Source of the DNA: Myxococcota bacterium
Lineage (GTDB): Bacteria > Myxococcota_A > SURF-8
Direction of reading: 5' to 3'
DNA: 64,000 nt
Assembly: GCA_963674735.2 (NCBI GenBank)
Contig: CAXXQS010000001.1
Span: 128,001-192,000 of the forward strand
Part shown: positions 1 through 8,758 of the stretch, one piece after another
Layout of the letters: the number at the start of each line of letters is the position of its first letter
Position numbering within the stretch: the stretch's first letter is position 1
Notes under the pieces: generated by a model
Told to the model about the DNA's origin: nothing
Database searches by the model: none
What the model saw: the letters and a program-made list of their open reading frames with translations, nothing else
Made by a program: the position numbers and the translations under genes

Positions 1-263
1 TCAGGCAGGCTTTCGCAAACGCCGCGACAGTCGATGAGATCTTCCTCGGCGATACCGCCGCTTTCGTCGCATTCGTATAGGCGTTCACAAAAAGCGAAGC
101 ACAAGAGGGTTAGTTCGTCCACGTCCGCATCGCCATCGGTGAGAGCGGGCTGATCGGCATCGCCGGAGTCCGTTTCGGATGAGCCGCCCCCGCAAGACGC
201 AAGCAGGAGCACCGTCAACCCGAGCAGCCAGAAGAGAGTCCAACCGTTTCGAAGGCTGCGCAT
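1..263 (-). CDS. Cys-rich lipoprotein, 3' end runs off the window (absent from ORF track)
   Basis: Manual translation from ATG 263 (RBS GAAAGGA): MRSLRNGWTLFWLLGLTVLLLASC-GGGSSETDSGDAD...CFAFCERLYEC...CRGVC; lipobox LASC; frame open to position 1. Confidence 0.75.
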   Translation of the reverse strand, partial: MRSLRNGWTLFWLLGLTVLLLASCGGGSSETDSGDADQPALTDGDADVDELTLLCFAFCERLYECDESGGIAEEDLIDCRGVCESLP

Positions 264-391
264 GTCCGTTCCTTTCCGTAACCGCATGACGAGTGCGGGG
301 AGGTTGACGCGAATCATGGAAATCCGTCGAGTCAATCAATAGAGCCTTTTCGCGAGCGGTCCCATCCGGAAAATCCGGGGCGTCCCACCAT

Positions 392-416
392 AAAAAAAGG
401 CCGGGACAGCCCGGCC
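392..416 (-). terminator. Intrinsic terminator of the LPP20 lipoprotein gene
   Basis: GGCCGGG-acag-CCCGGCC hairpin with A7 run on + (U-tract on -), just past the stop at 442. Confidence 0.75.
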
Positions 417-441
417 CTAGCTGACAGTTCCTCTCGCTCGC

Positions 442-1056
442 TTACTGCTTCGCCGCCCGTTCTTTGGCGATTTCGGCGTCGAGTTCCTTGAACTTCGCGT
501 CGGCGCGCTCGACCACCGCCTTGCGGACGCTTTCCGATAACTGGGTCATATTATCCACGATTTCCTTGAATTTTTCAACATCCAAGGCCATGAGCACATA
601 ATAGGTGCCGCTGTCGGAAATCCAGGTGGCCGTGTTCTCGGTGCCGGAGAGCGACATGTCGGTAACCTGTTTGGCTACGTCCACCACGTGCTGTTCGTCC
701 GAAGCCGCCTTGCCGAACTGTTCCCCGCCGGTGGTAGTGGCTTGGTAGTCCTCCAACATGCTTTTAATCTGGACCTGCAACGCACGGGCGATGGCGGTGC
801 GGCCGCGTCCTTCGGCGGCGGATTTGGCCAGTCCGATGTTGCGGGTGGAACCCATCGAGCCGACGCCGCAGATCTTGACGTCGTCTTTATCTTTCCAGAA
901 CGACGAGCAGTTCGTCACCCAGTCGGGTGCACCTTTGAGTTCGTTCTTGATGGCGTTTCCGGGCGGATCTTTCGGTTTGCCTGCACAGCCGCCGAGTATG
1001 AGCGCCAGCGTCGCCGCTAACACCACCAGCCACGAAATCTTTTGCGATTTCCGCAT
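442..1056 (-). CDS. LPP20-family lipoprotein
   Basis: Lipobox LGGC; APDWV motif; 'A..AAEGRGRTAIAR' helix and YYVLMAL strand typical of LPP20; RBS AGGAGAGG. Confidence 0.75.
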   Translation of the reverse strand: MRKSQKISWLVVLAATLALILGGCAGKPKDPPGNAIKNELKGAPDWVTNCSSFWKDKDDVKICGVGSMGSTRNIGLAKSAAEGRGRTAIARALQVQIKSMLEDYQATTTGGEQFGKAASDEQHVVDVAKQVTDMSLSGTENTATWISDSGTYYVLMALDVEKFKEIVDNMTQLSESVRKAVVERADAKFKELDAEIAKERAAKQ

Positions 1057-1449
1057 TGTTTCCTCTCCTTATAATCTGTTCCGTCATGAGGATGCCGATG
1101 TCGACCGGCACCGTATTCGTCATGTTGCGTCTTTTAATATTGGTAGCACTGTCGCCGCTAAATTGCAAGGCGTCCGATGACTCACCGCTCGGTTCTCCCT
1201 GCGGCTTCTATTTTAGGAAACACCGCAGCGGTTTGGAATTGTCACCGCTTTCCATACCGCCCGGGGTTTCCGGGTGTCTCCGGTGGTAGACTAGGATAAA
1301 GGTTCACTGATTTCAGACTGTTGTGCTCCTGTGCTTGATCCCGTTGTGTCGCCGCGCCTTTTGGGTTACATTGCAGACGATTCGATTTTTCTTATTCTTT
1401 GATGAAACCCGGTGTTCGAGTGGTCGGCGGACACGGAAGCGAGAGAGCC

Positions 1450-2928
1450 ATGTTGGACTGCTGGTTTTTGATCCCTCCCTGCGAGCCTTTTTACAGTATG
1501 GTCGAACTGAGTCTGCCCCAAATGACCGCCTATTTGCGCGGGGCTGGTCGGAAGGTGGCTCAACGCGACCTCAACCAGACCTTTTTACACGAGAAGGTCA
1601 ATGGCGCGGGTTACGACATGCGCCGCTTTGCGGGAGTCGACGCTTTCCCGGCTAATTACCAACTCGATGCCATGGCGCTGGCGGCGCAAAAGCCGCATGC
1701 CTTGTACGAGGATTTCTTCGAGCGCCATTTCCTCGGCGATTTTCGGGAGAATCCGGCGCGTGTACTGGGGTTATCGGTGATCGGCAGTGGGCAGGTGTTG
1801 CCCAGCCTGATTCTGGCGAGGTTGGTCAAAGCCGAATTTCCCGATACGCGCGTGGTTTTAGGCGGTCCCTGGGTGACCACCGGGCGCGACCTGCTGCCGG
1901 AGTTCCTGACGGCCATGCCCATGATCGATGGAGCGGTGGCTTTTCGCGGCGAAGAGGCGCTGGCGACTTTGTTTTCGGCGTTGGACGGCCAAGCAGACTG
2001 GGGCGACATTCCCAATCTGACCTGGCGTAACGGAAATGAGGTGCAGGTCAACGCCATCGAGTCGGGTATTCCGCTCACCGGCTTGCCGCTTCCCGATTTC
2101 AAGGGACTGGATCTCGATGTTTTCCAAACTCAGGCTTTGCCTGTGATGAGTTGTCTGGGCTGCTATTGGGGAAAATGTACGTTTTGCCACCACCATGTGC
2201 GCTGGCCCACGCTTTTTCAGCGGACGGGGGCGGATGTGGTGGATATGATGGAGCAGATGCTGCCGCGTTACGGACGCAAGCGCTTTATCATGGCCGAAAA
2301 CGCGACTCCCCCCGCGCTGATGTGCGAGATGGCCGACGAGATTATCAGGCGTGAGCTCGATGTCGAGTGGGTGACGATGACGCGCGCCGAAACGGCGTTT
2401 ACCGAGGAAGTCTGCCGCAAACTCTACGAGAGCGGCTGCCGCTACCTGTGGGTGGGGCTGGAATCGTCCAGCGAAGAACTGCTGGTGAAAACCCGCAAAG
2501 GTGTGACGTTGGGGATGATGGAAAGCATGATGCGCAACTGTACGGCGGCGGGCATCAAGCTGATTCTGTTCATCGTGGATTTGCCGGGTTTCCCGGCCGA
2601 GGTGTTCAGCGGCACCCTGAAATGGCTGCTCGACCGCGCGGATATCTTTTACCAGGTGTTGGCCCAGCGCTTTCAACTGGCACGCGACAGCCACGTTTTT
2701 CACGACCCGGAGCTATTGGGTTTGCGGATTGCACCGGAGGCTTACACCAGCCTGGACGTCTACAACCTGCCTTTCGAAGGGGTTTTCGCGCGCAGCGAGG
2801 ATCGGTTCTGGCAGGAAGTTCGTCAGTTCGAAATGGATCTCGGCGCGCGGCGTGGGTACCCGACCCCGCATATGTTATTCTGGCCGGAAGCGGAAAATGA
2901 AGGTCCCAAGGGCTGGATACGCATTTGA
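1450..2928 (+). CDS. Cobalamin-binding (class B) radical SAM protein
   Basis: CYWGKCTFC motif; N-terminal B12-binding-like region (VLGLSV...VVLGGP); GLES motif; start placed at ATG 1450 after a GAGAG RBS (ORF track starts at 1399). Confidence 0.8.
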   Translation: MLDCWFLIPPCEPFYSMVELSLPQMTAYLRGAGRKVAQRDLNQTFLHEKVNGAGYDMRRFAGVDAFPANYQLDAMALAAQKPHALYEDFFERHFLGDFRENPARVLGLSVIGSGQVLPSLILARLVKAEFPDTRVVLGGPWVTTGRDLLPEFLTAMPMIDGAVAFRGEEALATLFSALDGQADWGDIPNLTWRNGNEVQVNAIESGIPLTGLPLPDFKGLDLDVFQTQALPVMSCLGCYWGKCTFCHHHVRWPTLFQRTGADVVDMMEQMLPRYGRKRFIMAENATPPALMCEMADEIIRRELDVEWVTMTRAETAFTEEVCRKLYESGCRYLWVGLESSSEELLVKTRKGVTLGMMESMMRNCTAAGIKLILFIVDLPGFPAEVFSGTLKWLLDRADIFYQVLAQRFQLARDSHVFHDPELLGLRIAPEAYTSLDVYNLPFEGVFARSEDRFWQEVRQFEMDLGARRGYPTPHMLFWPEAENEGPKGWIRI

Positions 2929-3001
2929 TATTGATTGTGTGAGTGGTTCCCTCGGAATGCATATTCGGGGGGTGGATGTTGGGTTGAGAAAGGACGGACT
3001 T

Positions 3002-4021
3002 ATGAAGAAGTGGCAGTGGGTATGGATGCTGGGGTTGTGTGTGGCGCTTTGGGCGACGGGTTGCGGATCGGATGACGCGGATACCGATGGCGATGTGGAC
3101 GGCGATTCGGATGGCGAACAAGCCGTTGCGGGGCTTGAATTGATCGGACTGGACGGCTCGACCGACTCGCTCGACTGGGACGCCTTGCAGGAACTGGACG
3201 CCACGGAAGGTCATGGCGGCTGGTTGACCAGCGTCGGGACGATCGTGGGACCGAACGTCTGGAAGGGCGTGTCCGTTGCGGATCTGTGCGACCGCGTGGG
3301 CGGTCTGCCGCAGGGGGCCGGGGTGAAAATCACTGCCAGCGACGACTACGCCATGACGCTTTCGTCCGACCAACTGCTAAACGGTGCGCTGCCGACCTTC
3401 GATCCCGAGTCGGGTGACAGCCTCGACTACGCCGGGGAACTGACCGCCATCATTGCGTATGAACGTGAGGGTGGAGCGATCGGCGACGACGACGGCGGCC
3501 CGCTGCGACTGGCTTTCGTGAGTTCCGAGGCGGATCAGCTGACCGACGGGCACTGGTGGATCAAAATGGTGGCGAAAATCGAAATCCTCGAAATGGGGAG
3601 CGACTGGACGCTCGATCTGGAGGGCGCGCGTGACGAAACGATGGACCGCGCCACCTTCGAGTCGGGGGCGGCGATGGGCTGTCACGGCTACACCTGGACC
3701 GACAGCCACGCCAACGTGTGGAGCGGCATTCCCCTGTGGCTGCTGGTGGGGCGGGTGGACGACGACAACGTGCATGACGAGGAGGCCTACAACCGCGACC
3801 TGGCCGCGCAGGGTTACAGTGTGCGGGTGGTCGGCGACGGGGCGGAAGTCGCGTTCGAAAGCGGTCGGCTTACCGAGAACGACGACATCCTGCTGGCCTA
3901 TCTGATCAACGACGTTCCGCTGGAGGGCGACGAGGCCCCGTTGAAACTGGTGGGTGCCGATCTCGACGCCGACGAGATGCTCGGCGGCATTACGCGCGTC
4001 GTGTTGGAGCTGCCGGAGTAG
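3002..4021 (+). CDS. Lipoprotein with two molybdopterin-dependent oxidoreductase-like domains
   Basis: Lipobox ATGC, DGD linker, duplicated 'W.G(V/I)..','ASDDY','AY...G....GPLRL','WIKMV..I' motifs; start ATG 3002. Confidence 0.7.
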   Translation: MKKWQWVWMLGLCVALWATGCGSDDADTDGDVDGDSDGEQAVAGLELIGLDGSTDSLDWDALQELDATEGHGGWLTSVGTIVGPNVWKGVSVADLCDRVGGLPQGAGVKITASDDYAMTLSSDQLLNGALPTFDPESGDSLDYAGELTAIIAYEREGGAIGDDDGGPLRLAFVSSEADQLTDGHWWIKMVAKIEILEMGSDWTLDLEGARDETMDRATFESGAAMGCHGYTWTDSHANVWSGIPLWLLVGRVDDDNVHDEEAYNRDLAAQGYSVRVVGDGAEVAFESGRLTENDDILLAYLINDVPLEGDEAPLKLVGADLDADEMLGGITRVVLELPE

Positions 4022-4051
4022 GGCCGTATTTCGACGCATGATTTGGAGATG

Positions 4052-4078
4052 AAGCCGGGTTCGCGCCCGGCTTTTTTT
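4052..4078 (+). terminator. Intrinsic terminator
   Basis: AAGCCGGG-ttcgcg-CCCGGCTT followed by a T-run. Confidence 0.8.
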
Positions 4079-4135
4079 GCGGGTTGGGGAAAGCCTTGCC
4101 CGGATCGGAATGCTTCGAAAGCAACAGACTTTTAA

Positions 4136-4165
4136 TTGACTAATTCGCCGGTCGTTTGATATGAT
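4136..4165 (+). promoter_or_regulatory. Putative sigma70 promoter of the cyclase-CHAT-STAND-TPR gene
   Basis: TTGACT-N18-TATGAT with TG extended -10. Confidence 0.5.
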
Positions 4166-4315
4166 ACACGCCTGGGTGTTCAACGCGATAAACGTCACGA
4201 GTAAATTCCGGGGAGAGAACGATTGGCCGACGCGCAGCTTGCGGTGTGTCCCCGATAAGTTGGGGATGGCTTTCGAGAAGGCGGCGCGGCGGTCGGCTTT
4301 GGATAGTGGGGTTGA

Positions 4316-7300
4316 ATGATGCAAGTGACTCATGTGCCTGTTCTGCTGGTTGACGTCGAGGGATTCACCACGCATAGCGTGCCCGAGCGACGCACGATCC
4401 TGCGGCGTTTGCAGGAAAAGCTCACCGACTGCGCGCGCTTTTTCATGCCGCTCGGAGATCCCTGGGATAAATGGACCCGCCACGGAACCGGCGACGGCTA
4501 TTACTTCATTTTCGATGGGCTCGGAAAAGACGCCGCGCTGGTGGCGATGGAATACGCACGTCGGCTGGAGGAGGCGTTTTTCCGCTACAACGCCGAGGAG
4601 GCCGAGGGCCTTCCGCTTCGCTTGCGTATGGGGATCGTGCTCGGCGACGTGGAAACGGTGGACGACCAGTTTAACAGTGAAGTGATGTGCGATGCCGCGC
4701 GCTTCGTGGACGATCCCGAGTTCAAAAACTACTTCGCTGGTTTGAGCACGGCCACCGGCCTGATCGTCTCGCAGCATTTCTACTCCGAATGGCGGGAGGC
4801 CGCTCGCAAGGATAAGCAGGAAATCTTTGCCGCGTCCCGCGATCTGAGCTTTTCGCCCGTGCGCATCGTAGACAAACATGGGCGGCCCTACGAGGGGCGG
4901 GTGCTGGGTTCGGGCTGGACGGCCGAACCGGCGCGCGAAGAGGTGAAGCCGCGCTTGAAAATTTTGATGTTGATCGGCTGTTCGGTCGAGGAACGCTTGC
5001 CCGAAGCGATTGAGATGGCTCGCGAAGCCGCCTCCGAGTGGATGGCGTCGGGCCTGCATGTGGACGTGCGTGTCGATCAGGCGTCGGTGGCGGCGATCCG
5101 GCGCGAGGCCAAACGCGAACCCGACTGGCTGTTTTTCTACGGCCACGGCAGCGAAGACGGCCGCCTGCAGTTCGCCGATGGACTCAAGTCGTATGAGGAA
5201 ATCGGCCAGCACGACACCTTCTGGAAGCGGCTCAAGCTGGCGGTGGTCTTCGCCTGTCACGGTCGCCAGTTTGCCGAAAATCTGCCGGGTCCCTGGCTGG
5301 CTTTCGACGGTCCCGTCTGGCGTGAGGCTCCCAAGGGCTTGATGCGCGTACTGGTTGAGCAGCTCGCGTCGAAACCGGTCGGCGAGGCGCTGAAACCGGC
5401 TCTCGCGGCCTGTCGCGAGGAAATGACCTCCGATTTCGTCGATCTGCTTCGCCGTTCGGACGAGCAGGAGCCTGCGATTCCCTTGCCCTCCGAGATTGTG
5501 CCGAAAGGCGAGCCGATCATCACGCGATTGAATGCCGGGATCGCCGGGCACGCCAACGTGGAGTTCAAAATCGGCTCGGTCACCTATCCCGCCCACGATC
5601 CGTTTGTGGGGCGCGTGGCCATGCTCAAAAAGATGCTGGAGCTGCCCGGAGGCGCGAAGGACGTCAGCGACCGCAACGTGCGCTGGCTGTGCGGCCGGGG
5701 CGGCTTGGGGAAGACGGCGCTCATGCAGGAGGCGGCGCTGTGCGCGCAAAATCTCGTTTTTCACGAGGACGGCGAGCCGCTGTACGTCTTCCTGATGAGC
5801 TGTCATGAAATCACCGAGCTGAAGCAGTTAAACGAAGAGCTGGGCCGTCGCCTGGCCGGGCATTACGGATTGGATCTCCCGGAGCCCAGTGTCGATGCCG
5901 TGCTCAAGGAGCTCGGCAAGCAGCCGAAGGCGCGCCACTTGTGGCTTTTGGACGACCTGACCTACATCACTCCGCGCCGCGATCAAAAGGACGACGCCAC
6001 CCGTTTTGTGGACGATCTGAAGTTTCGGGCTGGTAACGCCGCCTTGACGCTGGCCTTGCGTGTGAGTACGCGGCAGGACGCCCCCGCGCACCTCGGGCCA
6101 CTGCCTATCGCGCCGCTCGATCCCCTGGATGCGCGGGAGCTGGCCGAATGCGTGTATCGGCGCTCGGCACAAACGTCTCCCGATCGTCAGCCGGATTACG
6201 CGGGTGCGCTCAAGCTGTTTCATCTGGTGGGGCAATCGACCGCGCTCTACAAGCTGTCGCTGATTCTGGCGGCGGACAACCAACGCAGCTTCGGCGAGCA
6301 TGCCAAGCGCTTGTCCGAGCAGGGCTCGCTTGAAGGTATGGACATCGAAGAGCTGGCCGCGAAGATGATCCAAGTGGAAGTCGAGTCGCTGGGCGCGATG
6401 GAGCAGCGCCTGCAATTCGATTTTAAGGCCTTCATGCCGTGTTTGTACGACATCATCCTGCGTGCGGGCTCCATCAAAATTGTCGATGCCGACGAATGGG
6501 AAACCGACCTGGAAAACTGGTTCGGCGACCGCCTGAACCGCTCCGGCCAGGCCAATGGAACCCGCCGGGTATACCGCAATGGTTTGGAGTATCTAGTGCG
6601 CCTGGGCTTGTTGGCGCTGGAGGCGCGTCCGCATGCCGATCCCGCCTACACTCTGCCGCCTAATCAACGCCTGGCCATCAAGGCCTTGCGTCAATGCCGC
6701 GATGAAGCCGTTCAGAGCATGCCCTGGCGGGCTCTCAAATCACGTTCGCTTCTGCTTTTTGAGCAAGCGATGGCAAATCCAGAACTGGCTTTAGCCGAAG
6801 TTGAGCAAGAATACAACGAATATGAGCCGTATTTCGATGAGGATCCAACGACGGCGTTAGCTGTTATTGATCATTTCATAGATGTGGGGATATACGGCGA
6901 TTTTAAAGAAAAACCAGAGCTTGAATGCGATGTGTATGACACAGCAATAAATCATTTTGAAAGACGTGAAGAAGTCCCTGTTAAAAAAATGGTTATTAAG
7001 GCACTTAATCGAAAAGGGCGATGGCTCAATGAAAATAAACGCCCGGAGGAAGCCGTTCAAGTTCACGATGAGGTACTACGGAGAATTGATGAACTGGAGA
7101 AAGACGGTTTATTGGCGGATTCACAGGTAGAACCGCCAGAGAAAGGTCGTGATTCTGATGATGTGGATTCCTTGATCGCCCTGTTGGATGAGCCTTCATT
7201 GAGTACTTCCGAGATTGCTGAAGCAAAGCTGCATGAGATGGCAAGTTCTTCACTTCTTGGAAAAGGACTAGCCTACGATAAGCTGAAAGATTATGAAAAT

Positions 7301-8728
7301 GAAATTGCGATGTACGATGAATTGGTATGCCGCTTTGGTGGAAGTGAAGAGTGGAGTTTGCGCAATTATGTAGCGTGGGCAATGATAAATAAGGCGGTGA
7401 CATTACAAAATGAAAAGCAGTTAGAATTGGCTTTTTCTGAATATGATGCGGTTCTTGATCGGGTTGCTATTTGGATCGGAGATGGAAAGCTTGATCGTGT
7501 ATGGCAGTTGTTCAAGAGGTCAGGCTTGGATTTTGATATCGATAAATATCTGGAGCCTGACGGGGATTCTGAAGATTTGCCGGATCTGGATTTATTTTTT
7601 AATTCCGATAAGGATGAGATCTTCTCTTATGCTGTTGAAGCGCTGTCTGGCAAGGGAGATATTCTCGGGTTAACTGGGCAAAATCAACAGGCTATTGATA
7701 TTTACGATGAAGTAATCAGTTTGTTAGATGGCCGAGACGAGGACAATTTATTAAAGATATTTGCCTGGACCTTGGTGAACAAGGGAGTATCGCTGGGGCA
7801 ACTCAACCGCCCAGACGAGGAACTGGCGGTTTACGATGATGTGATCGCGCGTTTCGGCTCACGTGATGAAGTGGCGCTTTTGGAACAGGTGGCGAAGGCT
7901 TTGATTTATAAGGGGATTACGCTGGGTCAGCTTGGCCGCTCGGACGAGGCCTTGGCGGTTTACGAGGATGTAGTCGCGCGTTTCGGCTCTCGTGATGAAG
8001 CGGTTCTTCTGGATCCGGTGGCGTCGGCCCTGGTGAACAAGGGAGTTACGCTGGGTCAGCTTGGCCGCTCGGACGAGGCCTTGGCGGTTTACGAGGATGT
8101 AGTCGCGCGTTTCGGATCACGTGAGGAATTGGCGCTTCTGGAGCAAGTGGCGAAGGCCTTGGTGGGCAAGGGGGTTACGCTGGGTGAGATCGGCCACCCG
8201 GACGAGGCCTTGGCTGCTTACGAGGATGTGATTGCGCGTTTCGGCTCACGTGATGAAGTGGTCTTGCTTGAGCAAGTGGCGACGGCGTATAACGGGAAAG
8301 CATGGGGGGTGTATGAATCGCGCCAGGATGAAAAGCTTTCCGACGCCATTGTTTTTGGTCAACGTGCTCTTGAATTGCAACCGGAGGAAAACTGGTATCG
8401 GCACACGCTGGCGTCCGTGTTGGGCCTGGTGGGCCGCTGGCCGGAAGCCCTGGAGCAGGCGCGCCATTTTGTCGATGATGAAACGCTGGTTGAGCAAGCT
8501 CTTGACGATATCGTGGATTTCTTCATCTTGGCGGCGGCTTCGGGGCAGGCTGGGCTTGCGCTCGATGGGTTGCTTGGAACGAAAAGCGCGGCCGCCCGGC
8601 CTGCTTTACCCCTCGCGCTGGCCATGAGCCTCGGCCAACAACCCGATGCAACGCCGGAGCTTCTGGCCGCCGCCCGCGAGATCGTCACCCGAATCGAAAC
8701 CCGCAAGGCCGAGCTTGCGCAGATGTAA
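4316..8728 (+). CDS. NLR-like multidomain protein: class III nucleotide cyclase-like + CHAT/caspase-like peptidase + STAND NTPase + TPR
   Basis: VLLVDVEGFT...GDG...LRMGIVLGDV...AAR (cyclase); FFYGHG...VVFAC (His/Cys dyad); PFVGR, GRGGLGKT, LWLLDDL (STAND Walker A/B); C-terminal 43-aa TPR repeats. Confidence 0.8.
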   Translation: MMQVTHVPVLLVDVEGFTTHSVPERRTILRRLQEKLTDCARFFMPLGDPWDKWTRHGTGDGYYFIFDGLGKDAALVAMEYARRLEEAFFRYNAEEAEGLPLRLRMGIVLGDVETVDDQFNSEVMCDAARFVDDPEFKNYFAGLSTATGLIVSQHFYSEWREAARKDKQEIFAASRDLSFSPVRIVDKHGRPYEGRVLGSGWTAEPAREEVKPRLKILMLIGCSVEERLPEAIEMAREAASEWMASGLHVDVRVDQASVAAIRREAKREPDWLFFYGHGSEDGRLQFADGLKSYEEIGQHDTFWKRLKLAVVFACHGRQFAENLPGPWLAFDGPVWREAPKGLMRVLVEQLASKPVGEALKPALAACREEMTSDFVDLLRRSDEQEPAIPLPSEIVPKGEPIITRLNAGIAGHANVEFKIGSVTYPAHDPFVGRVAMLKKMLELPGGAKDVSDRNVRWLCGRGGLGKTALMQEAALCAQNLVFHEDGEPLYVFLMSCHEITELKQLNEELGRRLAGHYGLDLPEPSVDAVLKELGKQPKARHLWLLDDLTYITPRRDQKDDATRFVDDLKFRAGNAALTLALRVSTRQDAPAHLGPLPIAPLDPLDARELAECVYRRSAQTSPDRQPDYAGALKLFHLVGQSTALYKLSLILAADNQRSFGEHAKRLSEQGSLEGMDIEELAAKMIQVEVESLGAMEQRLQFDFKAFMPCLYDIILRAGSIKIVDADEWETDLENWFGDRLNRSGQANGTRRVYRNGLEYLVRLGLLALEARPHADPAYTLPPNQRLAIKALRQCRDEAVQSMPWRALKSRSLLLFEQAMANPELALAEVEQEYNEYEPYFDEDPTTALAVIDHFIDVGIYGDFKEKPELECDVYDTAINHFERREEVPVKKMVIKALNRKGRWLNENKRPEEAVQVHDEVLRRIDELEKDGLLADSQVEPPEKGRDSDDVDSLIALLDEPSLSTSEIAEAKLHEMASSSLLGKGLAYDKLKDYENEIAMYDELVCRFGGSEEWSLRNYVAWAMINKAVTLQNEKQLELAFSEYDAVLDRVAIWIGDGKLDRVWQLFKRSGLDFDIDKYLEPDGDSEDLPDLDLFFNSDKDEIFSYAVEALSGKGDILGLTGQNQQAIDIYDEVISLLDGRDEDNLLKIFAWTLVNKGVSLGQLNRPDEELAVYDDVIARFGSRDEVALLEQVAKALIYKGITLGQLGRSDEALAVYEDVVARFGSRDEAVLLDPVASALVNKGVTLGQLGRSDEALAVYEDVVARFGSREELALLEQVAKALVGKGVTLGEIGHPDEALAAYEDVIARFGSRDEVVLLEQVATAYNGKAWGVYESRQDEKLSDAIVFGQRALELQPEENWYRHTLASVLGLVGRWPEALEQARHFVDDETLVEQALDDIVDFFILAAASGQAGLALDGLLGTKSAAARPALPLALAMSLGQQPDATPELLAAAREIVTRIETRKAELAQM
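7772..8287 (+). repeat. Four tandem 129-bp (43-aa) TPR repeats
   Basis: LVNKGV.LGQL.R.DE.LAVY.DV.ARFGSRDE..LLEQVA.A four times; copies 1 and 3 start at 7772 and 8030 (2x129). Confidence 0.9.
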
Positions 8729-8758
8729 GGGACGCGGGATTGCGAAACCGCACCGCCC

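Noticed and set aside
3377-5806. 809-aa minus-strand ORF
   Set aside because: Antisense shadow of two well-supported plus-strand genes in GC-rich DNA; no motifs.
7772-8287. Diversity-generating retroelement target
   Set aside because: No reverse transcriptase or template repeat; differences between copies are not adenine-specific.
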